Assembly (NCBI GenBank): GCA_963811105.1
Contig: CAWEPZ010000013.1
Coordinates: forward strand, 128,001 to 192,000
Length of the DNA stretch: 64,000 nucleotides
Source: Candidatus Bathyarchaeota archaeon
GTDB taxonomy: Archaea; Thermoproteota; Bathyarchaeia; Bathyarchaeales; Bathycorpusculaceae
Direction of reading: 5' to 3'
Shown: positions 8,911 through 19,277 of the stretch, piece by piece
Numbering within the stretch: the stretch's first letter is position 1
Layout: every line of letters starts with the position of its first letter
Notes under the pieces: model-generated
Databases searched by the model: none
What the model was told of the DNA's origin: nothing
Seen by the model: only the letters and a program-made list of their open reading frames with translations
Program-made: the position numbers and the translations under genes

Positions 8911-11115
8911 CTAATATTTGTATTTCGATTGTTTTTGCAGTTCTTGAAGTTTTTTGAGATTTGGTGTTTTCTTTCGTTTTACTAAATATAAACTACTTAT
9001 CACTGCGGCAGCTGCGGCGATTATGATAATGGCAATGATTATTATTAGATTGTAGTTGTTCGAGGTGTTTCCATTATTACTTGTTCCGGTCAGCGTTATG
9101 CTAAGTGCCAACGGCTGGCCGTTATAGTCGATTGTTTCGTTTTGGGCAGGATGTGCTTGGTTAATTATTCTGAAAGTGTATGGTCCGGCTGTTGCATTTT
9201 GGAAGGTTACGTAGCCTGTCGCGTTCGTTATGTCAAATAATGTTGGCACGCCTAATGGTTGGGCGGTTGATGAAACTATTGTATTGTTTAATGGTATTCC
9301 TAGGCTATCCTCAATGAGCAACGTTATTGTCCCTCCGTTGGTTTTAGGGGTTAGCGTCGGAGTTGGCGTTGGACTTGCGGTCGCCGCTGGTGTTGAGGTG
9401 GGGGTTGGGGTTGTTGTGGGAGCGGGAGTTGGCGTTTGGGTTGGAGCTGGGGCTGGTGTGACGATTACTTGTGTCGTTCCCTGGGCGCTCAAGTATCCTG
9501 TTTTTGACCCGCTTGCCGTTATAGTGCAGTTTGTGGTTATGGAGAAACTTGGAGCAGTGAAACTTGTGTTGTAATAGCCGCTTCCTAGGTCTGTAATTGT
9601 TGAGAAGATTCCGCCGTTGTTTGACGCAAATGCGACCGTTGCTCCTGCCACTGGGGCTCCATTGGCGACTACGTAGGCAGTTATTGCCGTGTTATATCCA
9701 TTATTGATGCTAACTGGGCTAGCTGTTACTGTTATTTGTAGGGCTGAGAAATCAATTAGGTAGGTTGTTATTTGAGCTTGCCCGGTGGTATAGCCTGATG
9801 CTTGCGCAGTGATTGTATTGGTTCCTGGAGCATTTGTTACAGTGAAATTTCCTGTGGCTTGTGTTTTGCCAAAAGGTATTGTTAGTGTTAGACTGGCGGC
9901 TCCAACTGTTGGTAATGATGAGAATAGATTTATGCTTACGTTTGTCTGTGGGTCTTTTGCTGGTCTTCCCTGTGAGTCTTGCAGTTGTACTTGGATTGTT
10001 TGGTATGTTGCGTTATCTGATGGTAGACTTGCTGGAGCGCAGTAAACTGCTAGTTTTGATGGGTTGAAACCGGTTGTTGTTATAGTTTGTTGATCTCTTA
10101 GGAAGTTTGTGGCTACCGCGGTTATGGTTGCGGTGCCTGCTTTGTATGTCGAATTAATCGTTGCTAACGCGTAGGTTTGTGTTTGCTTTATCGTGATTTG
10201 TGAGTCAATTTTTCCTACTGTCTGGTCGTTTGATGCTACGGTTACAATTACGTCTGATTGAGCTAATGAGGAGTAACCTGAGGCGTTCTGCAGTTCGATT
10301 GCGATTTGTTGGTAAGAGTTTTGGTCAGCGAGAACTTGGGGCGGTCCTAAGAAGATTTTGAGTTGGTTTGCATTTGATGCTATCGGTGTAGTGTTGATTG
10401 TGACTTGTTTGGATGTGTAGCCTTGTGAAACAGCTGTTATTGTTGCTGATTCTGGCTTTGGATTAACTTCTGTTTCTGCTTTTGTTGTTGTGTTAAAGTT
10501 AACTGTGGCGTAAGTGTAGCCTTCAAGGATTGTGGTATTTTGATCCACTGTTCCTACACTTGTATCTGAGCATGAAAGTGCCACTTGTACGCCTCCTTGA
10601 GGGGCTCTAGCAGGTGAACCGGTTGAATCTTGAAGTTGTACCATTATGGATGGGTATGAGTTTCCGTCGGCAGGCAATGTGGATGGAAATCCGTAAACTG
10701 CTATTGCGGAAGGGATTGGTCCAATGGTGGCTACAAATGCTTGTACGGTTGCATAGCCTGTGGCAGAGGCTGATATTGTTGTTGTTCCTGGGCTGAATGT
10801 AGAGCTAAAATTTGCTGAAGCGTAAGAAGCTCCTTTAGGTATAGTGATTGATGAATCAATTGTGCCTACGTTGGTGAGTGAGGATGATAAGCTTATTGTT
10901 GTATCTTCTACTGCTCGGGTAGGTTGTCCGTTTGGATCCTGTAATTGTACAAAAACACATTTGTATGTATTATTATCTGCAAGCACGCTTGTTGGACCGA
11001 TGTAAATATTTAGTTTGGGAGAACTACTTGCAGAGCTAATGTTCTGAGTTGACACTAAAAATATCGCTGTTACAATACAAATAATTGCTGAAATTGTCGT
11101 TATTTTTTTTGACAT
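8911..11115 (-). CDS. Membrane-anchored surface protein with tandem Ig-like (invasin/Big_1-like) domains
   Basis: Signal peptide; 4 repeats of P..L.AD...Y..I.VQLQD..G.P; Pro/Thr linker; C-terminal TM helix followed by a basic tail KRKK. Confidence 0.85.
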   Translation of the reverse strand: MSKKITTISAIICIVTAIFLVSTQNISSASSSPKLNIYIGPTSVLADNNTYKCVFVQLQDPNGQPTRAVEDTTISLSSSLTNVGTIDSSITIPKGASYASANFSSTFSPGTTTISASATGYATVQAFVATIGPIPSAIAVYGFPSTLPADGNSYPSIMVQLQDSTGSPARAPQGGVQVALSCSDTSVGTVDQNTTILEGYTYATVNFNTTTKAETEVNPKPESATITAVSQGYTSKQVTINTTPIASNANQLKIFLGPPQVLADQNSYQQIAIELQNASGYSSLAQSDVIVTVASNDQTVGKIDSQITIKQTQTYALATINSTYKAGTATITAVATNFLRDQQTITTTGFNPSKLAVYCAPASLPSDNATYQTIQVQLQDSQGRPAKDPQTNVSINLFSSLPTVGAASLTLTIPFGKTQATGNFTVTNAPGTNTITAQASGYTTGQAQITTYLIDFSALQITVTASPVSINNGYNTAITAYVVANGAPVAGATVAFASNNGGIFSTITDLGSGYYNTSFTAPSFSITTNCTITASGSKTGYLSAQGTTQVIVTPAPAPTQTPTPAPTTTPTPTSTPAATASPTPTPTLTPKTNGGTITLLIEDSLGIPLNNTIVSSTAQPLGVPTLFDITNATGYVTFQNATAGPYTFRIINQAHPAQNETIDYNGQPLALSITLTGTSNNGNTSNNYNLIIIIAIIIIAAAAAVISSLYLVKRKKTPNLKKLQELQKQSKYKY

Positions 11116-11155
11116 TATTTTTTTCCTCGAGTTAATGTGTTTGTTATTTATTTTT

Positions 11156-11515
11156 TCAACATTTTTGACGTTTTTGTTTTTTTGAGATGAACAAGGCAGG
11201 GTTTGTTATTTGGCCACTTTGTGCTATTTGACAAAAAGCGCAGGTGATTTCAGATAATTCTATGTGCGAATGAAGAGGTGATTCTTTGCATTGTTTAACT
11301 CTGCAATTGGAGGTTATTGGAATGGTGTTATTTGTGTCATTTTTAAGAATGAAAAAAGTGCATTGATCATTTTTTGCAAAAACGCAATTTGACTTTTTTA
11401 TTCCGCCGAAAAATCCTATGTTTGATAATATTTCCACAAGTGTTAATACTTCTTGATTTCTGTCGTTTTCTAGTCTGTCAATGCGTCGATTTAGCTCTTG
11501 TAGCTGCGTCTCCAT
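11156..11515 (-). CDS. Coiled-coil plus Cys-rich hypothetical protein
   Basis: N-terminal coiled coil; six Cys including CAFC; lies between the TFB paralog and the surface protein. Confidence 0.7.
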   Translation of the reverse strand: METQLQELNRRIDRLENDRNQEVLTLVEILSNIGFFGGIKKSNCVFAKNDQCTFFILKNDTNNTIPITSNCRVKQCKESPLHSHIELSEITCAFCQIAQSGQITNPALFISKKQKRQKC

Positions 11516-11619
11516 TTGGTATCTGACTTCCGACGATTAATTATATAAGTTTCCTTATATAGTGAGAAGAAAAACTCTGGAAGTTCAAGGTGCGCGATTG
11601 CTTATAGGATGCATGCTAT

Positions 11620-12447
11620 TTACATTACTGCAATTACTCTGGCTGCTGATATTGATTCAATCAGTTTTCTAATTTTTGCTTCATTTGTATAGACTGTTCT
11701 TTCAGATATTTGAAATATTCTGCCAATTTCTTCTTTAGAAATCTTTGTTTTATTTTTTTTGCATTCATTGTAAAAGGCGCCTGCTCCAAGGCCGATCGGG
11801 TTTCCGCCTGATTTTTTTATTTCCAGCAATGTGTTTTCGGCATTTATGATTAGTTGTTTGTCTTTTGTTATTTTTCCGGCATATTCATGCAGATAGTCTA
11901 TCGCTGTTTTTCTATGAGTTCTTAGGGGTTTTGCTTTTTCGTTTAGTGTTTTGTTTAGTAACCAGGCGTGTTTTTTTACTTCTCTTGGGTCGAGGCTGAG
12001 TTCTTTACTTATTTCTTTTAATGAACGCAATTTGTCGTATTCTTTAAGTGTTAAGTGTATTAGGGCAGCTACTGTTGCTCTTTTGTTCTTTGATAGTTTT
12101 TGTGATCGAAATATCGCATGATTTTGGGTGCGTAGTGTGCGTGCTGCTTCTTCTCTGTAGGGAAAGTTTGGAATGTTTAATTGGCAAGAAATAGTTCTTA
12201 GAGTATTTAGCCATTCTTTGAGTGTTTCTGAGTCCTTTTCGCTCCAGTTTGAATACCATTCAGGAACCCATTGCGTAAATCCTTTGAAAGTTGGAGTTTC
12301 ATCTATGACTAATCCGCAGTGCGTACAGATTTGTTCTCCACTCAAGCCTTCTGGATAAACTACTGTACCTTCACATTTTTGGCAGTTCAAACTTTTCTCG
12401 TTCCTTCTATCGGTTGATTTAATATTTGCGATATCATGAAATAGCAC
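11620..12447 (-). CDS. Divergent transcription initiation factor IIB (TFB) paralog
   Basis: Zn ribbon CQKC..GEQICTHCGLVIDE; two cyclin-like repeats (RSLKEISKEL; GGNPIGLGAGAFY; ISKEEIGRIFQISERTV). Confidence 0.8.
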   Translation of the reverse strand: MLFHDIANIKSTDRRNEKSLNCQKCEGTVVYPEGLSGEQICTHCGLVIDETPTFKGFTQWVPEWYSNWSEKDSETLKEWLNTLRTISCQLNIPNFPYREEAARTLRTQNHAIFRSQKLSKNKRATVAALIHLTLKEYDKLRSLKEISKELSLDPREVKKHAWLLNKTLNEKAKPLRTHRKTAIDYLHEYAGKITKDKQLIINAENTLLEIKKSGGNPIGLGAGAFYNECKKNKTKISKEEIGRIFQISERTVYTNEAKIRKLIESISAARVIAVM

Positions 12448-13227
12448 TTTTTACTAAGTCCATGACGCTTATAACACTTAAGAATCAGAAATACACATTT
12501 ACTCACAGCACTTATTTTTGGAAAATCTGATAAAAAATTTTATAATTCTTTTGGATTTAATTATTATTGGTTTTGTTTTGTGGCGTACGATACGCAAAGA
12601 TTTGAATAAATTTTTCAGCTATTGTTTATGCTAATGTCGTTTGATTTTTTGCAACTTGACTAGTTTTTTTTCCGTTTTGGTTGATTTTAGGAATTGGTAT
12701 AATGAATTTAGCACTTTTCCAGCTGAAATTTCTATTTGCCCTTAATACTCAATTCGATTTGAGATCCACTCAGCCATATTATTGAGCTTCTCTTTTCGCG
12801 CTGCACCAAACTCAAAACATGACTTTGACTATCCAATTTGGAAACATTTTTTGCGATTAAAATAGACTCTTCTGTCCTCATGACACACTAATTTCAATAA
12901 TTTTTTCATGGGAAAATAACATAAGTTCTTGAAGAGAATAGATAGAATTTTTTCTAGTGCGACGTTGCTGAAAACCATTTTAAGGGATTTGTTTACATTA
13001 CTGGATTCCTTGAAGTGTATTCTCAGCCAAAGTGTGATATTTTGATTCAGATTCCGCACGGATAAATATGAACAAACGTACAATAGAAAGCAGTTTTGAT
13101 CTATTTTTTTGGAAATTTGAGTCTTCTCATTTTAATATTTTGAACAAACAGAAAGATGTTTAAGCAACTTGTGGGATAATTCTATTTAGGAAAAAGTGTT
13201 TGAAAATAAAATAAACCTGAGGAATCT

Positions 13228-13518
13228 TTGATGACAGTTCAAGAACCTATAGATCATTGGAACAACTTCACTATTCCGGAGTTGAGGGAGATTCTGGAAC
13301 ACTGCAACGCATTAGTGAGACTTGGTATTGCTCAAGATGAAGAAATGATGATCTCTATTGAAAGAGACATTGCGTTACGAGAAAAGAAAATTAGTCTGCG
13401 TTTTGAGCCTTTTGAATCCAAACATGCAAAAATAAAACGAGTAGCAGAAAAACAAAATCACAGAAAAACAGTCAAAAAACAACAACCGCAAGCGTTCTTA
13501 TTAGAACAGAACGCGTAA
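13228..13518 (+). CDS. Hypothetical protein
   Basis: 96 aa ORF with GAGGA RBS and an upstream TTTAA box. Confidence 0.65.
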   Translation: MMTVQEPIDHWNNFTIPELREILEHCNALVRLGIAQDEEMMISIERDIALREKKISLRFEPFESKHAKIKRVAEKQNHRKTVKKQQPQAFLLEQNA

Positions 13519-13662
13519 AAGGTTAGACTTGCAAGAACGTACGTTGTCATTTTAAAACCAAAGTAGACGTTGCTGAGTTTCGGCGATTGTGTTAGCTGAA
13601 TTTGATTTTGAGTCAGTGGAGCGCTTATATGTCGATTGGCTGAATAATACCTGAGGGTCCGT

Positions 13663-14442
13663 GTGGAAAGTAGAGTCTATAGTTATCGAAGATTTGCAAA
13701 CATTTTAGCCTTCATTTTGGTAGTGATCGTTAATGCTGTAGCGGGAGGCACCTCTATCATCGGCGGGAGGAATACGGCCCAAGTTTCCAATGCTTATCCA
13801 ACGTTGATAACGCCAGCAGGGTATGTTTTTTCAATTTGGGGAGTAATCTACTTCTTGCTAGGTGTTTTCGTTGTTTATCAAGCATTGCCAAGTCAACAAG
13901 GCAAAAGCTTTCAAAGCAAAATCGGCTGGCTTTTTGTATTAATTAGCTTAGTAAATGTTTTTTGGCTTTTTCTTTGGCAGTTTGAGTTCCTGATATTTTC
14001 GGTATTTTTTATGTTTTTGCTTTTGGCATCTTTGATTGGTATTTATGTCAGAGTTGGAATAGGCAAGATAGATGCTCCTGCAATAGAGAAGTTAGCTGTT
14101 CATGTTCCTTTTAGTGTTTATTTAGGGTGGATTACTGTTGCCTCAATTGCCAATGTTGCTACAACATTAGTGTCGTTGAATTGGGGGAGATTTGGATTAA
14201 GTGCCCAAATATGGGCTACATTAATTGTTATACTCGTTCTAATTATTACAACGCTCGTTATTGTAACCCGAAGGGATATCGCTTACACTTTGGTTATTAT
14301 TTGGGCTTTGGTAGGGATTGGAATTAACCAAGATTCTAATCAAGCAGTGTTTTACTTAACTGAAATTAGTGCCCTAATTGTTGCAGTATTGCTGGTTGCT
14401 CGGATCTTTGTTGTCAGGTTAAGGAAAAATAGGAAACGCTAA
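13663..14442 (+). CDS. TspO/tryptophan-rich sensory-like membrane protein
   Basis: TPAGYVFSIWGVIY, SVYLGWITVASIAN, IWALVGI motifs; about 8 TM segments. Confidence 0.8.
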   Translation: MESRVYSYRRFANILAFILVVIVNAVAGGTSIIGGRNTAQVSNAYPTLITPAGYVFSIWGVIYFLLGVFVVYQALPSQQGKSFQSKIGWLFVLISLVNVFWLFLWQFEFLIFSVFFMFLLLASLIGIYVRVGIGKIDAPAIEKLAVHVPFSVYLGWITVASIANVATTLVSLNWGRFGLSAQIWATLIVILVLIITTLVIVTRRDIAYTLVIIWALVGIGINQDSNQAVFYLTEISALIVAVLLVARIFVVRLRKNRKR

Positions 14443-14934
14443 TGGTAAACAAACGTTTTTTCGGTTGTTTTCCGACTTTCTCTTCAAGCTCTGTGTCTGC
14501 TGCTTAGTTCCTAAATGTGGTTATAGACTCGGTTTATGAAAAGTCTGAGAATTGCAGGAAACTATAAGTGTCCAGCGAGAATGCCCGCTATTATTGAAAC
14601 AATAAAAAGCACAATAATACCGATAACTAAGATTTTTTTAGTTGCATGCTTCAATGATTCTGCATCTCTTTTGTGTTAATTGTCAAGATTTACTTTGCAT
14701 TTTAATTAACGTTTTATTAATTCAGAATGTAGATTTTAGAGTTTTCGGTTTTTTTCAAGAATAGTATCTGCATCGCATTGAAACAGCGTAACATGGCAAA
14801 AAGATACAGCGGTTATTACTGTTGCTGTTGTTAGACTAAATTTTGTTCACTCTTATTACGTTTGGGTTTGGATTGGATTAGAAAAGAATATACCTATGCT
14901 TGTATCCAAATATTTGTGGAGTTTTTAGCAGAAG

Positions 14935-15447
14935 ATGGTTGATCAATTAATTGTGGGTACCCTAACTTGGTTTCACATAATTTCTGTAATAGGGTGGTCT
15001 GGGGCTGCTCTCACATTTTTGGTTTCAATTAAGCCTTCGCTTGCAAAATTTTCGCCTCAGGCAAGCGGTGAATTTATTTTAAAGGTGTTACCAAGGTTTG
15101 TAAGGTCAGTGCAAATATTTTCAGTTTCTACAGTTGTTTTTGGACCATCTCTGGCCTATACAATGGCTGATGGTCCACCAAATGCTTTTGATCTAAAATC
15201 TCCGTGGTCTATATTCATAGTAATTGGCGCATCGATTGGAATTAGTGTGTTTCTGGTTGTTTTCTTTCTCCTTACTCCAACCGCAAAGAAGCTAACAGCC
15301 ATAATTACGAATATGAACCAAAATCCTCAACAGCCTCCTCCTGCCGAGTTGAGAAAAATGCAGAAACGCTTAGCGTTAATTCCACCTCTAGCTGTGACGC
15401 TTTTACTCTTGACGGAAGTATTTATGGTAGCAGCTGCCCAGTTTTAA
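14935..15447 (+). CDS. 4-TM membrane protein (CopD/DUF2269-like)
   Basis: WFHIISVIGWSG in the first TM; four hydrophobic helices. Confidence 0.7.
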   Translation: MVDQLIVGTLTWFHIISVIGWSGAALTFLVSIKPSLAKFSPQASGEFILKVLPRFVRSVQIFSVSTVVFGPSLAYTMADGPPNAFDLKSPWSIFIVIGASIGISVFLVVFFLLTPTAKKLTAIITNMNQNPQQPPPAELRKMQKRLALIPPLAVTLLLLTEVFMVAAAQF

Positions 15448-15595
15448 ATTAGACTGGCGGACATGTTTCCGCCAAATGTCTATTTATTCTGTTGATGGAG
15501 TGATCTTAAGTAAGCTCAACTCTTCCTTAAGAACAAAATTTAAACTATAGCTTTGATATTGTTCTAATCTTTGGACCTTCCCATGGCAAAATAAA

Positions 15596-15883
15596 ATGTC
15601 AAGTAATTTGAAAGCTAAGGTTCTCAAGGAGCGAAGAAAAATAAAACCTCTAAACCAAAAAAATAAAGACCGCCTAACAGTTATAGGAATCTTGGCTTTA
15701 GAGGCATTTTTTATTTTTGGTTCCGTAAGCAATTTTTATAGATATATATTTTTAAAAATATATCTCGATATATACCTCGCTATTTTCTCGACTATCGGAG
15801 CTGTAATTTTATTCGTATTCATAATAGTGATTCTCGTAAGCTATTTGGATAAGAGAAAATTTATAAGAAGTTTTCAAAAATGA
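15596..15883 (+). CDS. Small 2-TM membrane protein
   Basis: Basic N-terminus followed by two hydrophobic stretches. Confidence 0.55.
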   Translation: MSSNLKAKVLKERRKIKPLNQKNKDRLTVIGILALEAFFIFGSVSNFYRYIFLKIYLDIYLAIFSTIGAVILFVFIIVILVSYLDKRKFIRSFQK

Positions 15884-16051
15884 GCGAGGAGAGGAATTGT
15901 GTTCTTTTTGTTCATCATTGTCTGGTGACCGGTTGAGGATATATATTGAGTTTTGGCAAATTAGATGTCGAGCTTGACGGGCATGTCTCAAAAAAAGGGT
16001 TTTTTAGTTGAGCCTTGAATCAAATTGGTTCTAAAAAGGAGAGGGTGAGAT

Positions 16052-16432
16052 TTAGTTCGCAATTTCATAGAACCAGGCGCAGTTGCCAATTGGTCTTTGT
16101 TTGCGGCTTTCTTTTAAGCGATCGTTTTTGATTTTGAGGTTTTCAGAAAGTGCTCCTGCTGGAAACAAGGACATGGCGCAAGCGGGCTTAATTTCGTATC
16201 TTTCTTTTACGAGCTTGCCATGGCATATGCAGGGGCCACGGTTTTTCATGATGTAGTTTTGACCTTGTTTTTCAACAGTAATGTTTTCTGCAAGTTTTAG
16301 GTTGTCGCGGAGGTAATCCGCGATCTTCTGCATCAAGGCTTCGAGGTTTTTGGCTGGAGGTACGGAGTTACCCGTGGTTTTTCCGAGTGCATTATTTACT
16401 TTTGTGAATATCTTTTGGTTCTCTTCGCCCAA
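16052..16432 (-). CDS. Hypothetical protein, V4R/methanogen-output-domain-like (5' end probably damaged)
   Basis: GPCICHG...PACAMSLFP...NCAWFYEI metal-binding pattern. Confidence 0.5.
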   Translation of the reverse strand: MGEENQKIFTKVNNALGKTTGNSVPPAKNLEALMQKIADYLRDNLKLAENITVEKQGQNYIMKNRGPCICHGKLVKERYEIKPACAMSLFPAGALSENLKIKNDRLKESRKQRPIGNCAWFYEIAN

Positions 16433-16776
16433 AGTGCGTTGAATTGAACATAAAACTTCTAGAACGGGTTTTGAGGAATCATTTTTTCGTCAGACAATCT
16501 CGTTTCACTTCCCCAGGGTGTATTTCGAATTTGGGAGAAGCTAGACTAGCGTTAAAGTTAAGGTGTGTTTAAGATTTGGCAACTAGTTTTTTTCTGTAGT
16601 TTGCGATAAACATTGCAAATGCGCATTTCTGAAGCCAGTTACATTTCGAATTTTTGATTGTAACGTATCGAAAATTGAAATATTGCCGAAACAAGCCGAA
16701 GGCAGTTATATTGCGCCTGCGAAAGAGAAGAATGTATCGTGTATGCAGCGATTCACGATAGAAAGGAGAAAAGAAT

Positions 16777-17400
16777 ATGCAATACATTGAATTATTAATC
16801 AAAGAAAAAATCAGTAGTATAGACCAATCCTTAGATCTTCAAGGCGCAGACCGAAAAATGCTTCAACTCGCATGCAAAGACTTTGGCAACTACATGAAGT
16901 TTAACAATAAAACAACACAATACATGCATTTTGACGAAAATTTAGAAAAGCTCCCCAAGGAAGAATTATCAGAGCTTGAATCGTTCTTAACCATATGGAC
17001 CGCCAAGTGGATGAAGAAGTGGCAAGAACGGATAAAATTGCTAATCGGAAATAATTGTAAAAATGAACTTTTCCAACTCCAGCAGATTTTGGCTAAAGTT
17101 GGACCCATGTGGCAAAAATTAGAGTTCAAACAAGAATTAATTGACATTGTTGTTTCCACCTTAATAAACAACGGAGAAATTTGTGCCTCAGATATTCTGG
17201 CGGAACACGCCGTGAAACTGGAGTTAGCCAATAACAATTTAAATATCGCCGATAAGGCGCAAGCGCTTATCTTTTTGAATAAAGTAATGCGCAGGGCAAA
17301 TGATATGGCAAAAAATAGTGGCCCCCTAATGTTTATTGAGGTAGGCAAAGCATATTTCAACTCAGCAACGACATCATCTCCGCTATGTGTAAAAAGCTAA
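16777..17400 (+). CDS. Hypothetical helical protein
   Basis: 207 aa ORF with AGGAG RBS. Confidence 0.7.
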   Translation: MQYIELLIKEKISSIDQSLDLQGADRKMLQLACKDFGNYMKFNNKTTQYMHFDENLEKLPKEELSELESFLTIWTAKWMKKWQERIKLLIGNNCKNELFQLQQILAKVGPMWQKLEFKQELIDIVVSTLINNGEICASDILAEHAVKLELANNNLNIADKAQALIFLNKVMRRANDMAKNSGPLMFIEVGKAYFNSATTSSPLCVKS

Positions 17401-17686
17401 GAAATTTAGTTTTTCGAATTTGGTCGTGACTGTGATTATTCAATCACATAAATACTAAAACAAGAAAATCTTTGTTAATGATTTAGAGAGAAACGCTTGC
17501 TTACTAAAGGTAATCTTACTTTGGTTATACTGTTTATGAGTTAGGAAGAGGCACTAATGCAGCAAAAGAGCGCAACCGTGGACAAAACAGCTAATGAAGA
17601 TAAGGAATTTGTTCAAAATTAGAAACAAAGCAAAAGCTATACCACATAAAACTGTTTTTAGCGCGCATCTTCATTTATTTCCACCC

Positions 17687-18613
17687 TTAAGTTAAGAACC
17701 GTTTGCAGTTAGGACAAAATTGGGAATTCTGCTGAATTTCTGAGTTGCAGAACTTACATGTTTGTATTGGAGAAAACCACTTTGAAATCATTGGTTGTGT
17801 ATTAGTAGTGCCCGATTTGTGTTCATATCTTTTGCCTGCAAAGACGCTTATTTCAACCAACAATGCTAAAGCTACAAACAGGTACAGGTCTCCTTGAGGC
17901 GTTGCACCAGGCGAAATGAGCATCGCGGCGATTGCAAGTCCGGCGTATATGTATTTTCTTTGTTTGGTAATCGCTTTTGTATGTAATACACCAAACTTTA
18001 CAAGAAGCACGAAGAAAGATGGAATTGTAAAAAGCACTCCGCTTATTATTATGGTGAAAAAAATTATGCCGTAAAAATCCATAAGTGGGAACAACTGCAT
18101 GGCGTTGACTGCCGAGTAAAAAGGAATGAACCCCTGAATAAAAGAAGGAGCAAGAACATAAAATCCAAAAATGGAACCAACGATAAAAAGAACTGTAACT
18201 ACTCCAGTGAAGGGAAAAATTGCTTTTTTCTCATGTGGATAAAGCGCTGGATCAATGAACCTATAAGCTTCATATGCAAAAACAGGCAAAGTTATGCCGA
18301 TTGCGAAGACAAGGGCAGCGTATACATAAAGAGTAATGGGGTCAGACATAGAGCCAGCAAATAGCTGAGACCCTTGAGGCAAAAACATGTTGCCGATATC
18401 TACCAGAAGAACCGACATAAGTGGTTTATAATTGCTAGTCATCGCAAAGAAGTCACTGTTACCGGGAAGAATAAGCATGACAAGCAAAGCAACCAAGAAC
18501 GTGCCTAAAACCACCTTCATACGTTTTATAAATTCGGTAAGGTGACCCCAGAAATCTGTAAAGAAATTTTGTGTTTCAGGCATGTTAAAGACCCTCCAAT
18601 ATTTCTTTTTCAA
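17687..18613 (-). CDS. tatC: Twin-arginine translocase TatC with a C-terminal zinc ribbon
   Basis: FWGHLTEFIKR, AYRFIDPALYPHEKK, RKYIY, LISPG; tail CKFC..CPNC. Probable start is M(PETQ) at about 18583. Confidence 0.92.
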   Translation of the reverse strand: MKKKYWRVFNMPETQNFFTDFWGHLTEFIKRMKVVLGTFLVALLVMLILPGNSDFFAMTSNYKPLMSVLLVDIGNMFLPQGSQLFAGSMSDPITLYVYAALVFAIGITLPVFAYEAYRFIDPALYPHEKKAIFPFTGVVTVLFIVGSIFGFYVLAPSFIQGFIPFYSAVNAMQLFPLMDFYGIIFFTIIISGVLFTIPSFFVLLVKFGVLHTKAITKQRKYIYAGLAIAAMLISPGATPQGDLYLFVALALLVEISVFAGKRYEHKSGTTNTQPMISKWFSPIQTCKFCNSEIQQNSQFCPNCKRFLT

Positions 18614-18759
18614 CCGCAGCTGTATTACGAGCTAGATAGAAGATGGAAGGAGGAGAAAAAATATCGACCAAAGAGTGATTCTTCAACTATAACTCCCCCT
18701 CATATTTTTTTAGCGAATCCGATACCTTTTCGTGAAGAAAAAAACAAATTTAGAAAAGA

Positions 18760-19098
18760 TTATTGTTCGGCGCCTAGCAATTTTACTTTGACGGATATTT
18801 CTTCGGATATTTGCTCTCTAGTTTTGCCATCGGTAGGTATTCCAAGCCGCTGAGCAGTCTCAAGCAACATCTCATCCTTAGTCTTTATTGCAGGAGCAGG
18901 CCGCTGTTCAACAACAACGGCATTGTTAGTCATAGCAGCAGATGAAGTTGCAGCATCAGTAAACTCTTTCTGCGCCTTGCTAAATTCACCTTTAGCCCTC
19001 CCTAAAGATTTCGCAAACTCGGGAATCTTCGCCGGACCCCACATAATAATAACAATCGCAACAACACCGATGATAATCCATTCCCATCCTTCAAGCAT
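18760..19098 (-). CDS. tatA: Twin-arginine translocase TatA/E
   Basis: EWIIIGVVAIVIIMWGPAKIPEFAKSLGRAKGEF. Confidence 0.95.
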   Translation of the reverse strand: MLEGWEWIIIGVVAIVIIMWGPAKIPEFAKSLGRAKGEFSKAQKEFTDAATSSAAMTNNAVVVEQRPAPAIKTKDEMLLETAQRLGIPTDGKTREQISEEISVKVKLLGAEQ

Positions 19099-19277
19099 TT
19101 TGAAAATGTCTCCTTGAATTGTTTATTTTAGTTATTCTTTTAGTCCCTTTTTTAATAAATAGCTTTGTTGTTGCACATTACCAATCACAACCGCTAGAAA
19201 CTTTAAGAGTGCGCTGTCTTTCCAAACTGCATTGCCTATTTAGCAAAATGCTATATCAAGAATCAAGTTTCCAACAC

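Noticed and set aside
12700-13100. Possible further regulator remnant on the minus strand
   Set aside because: Fragments are too degraded to assign without a search.
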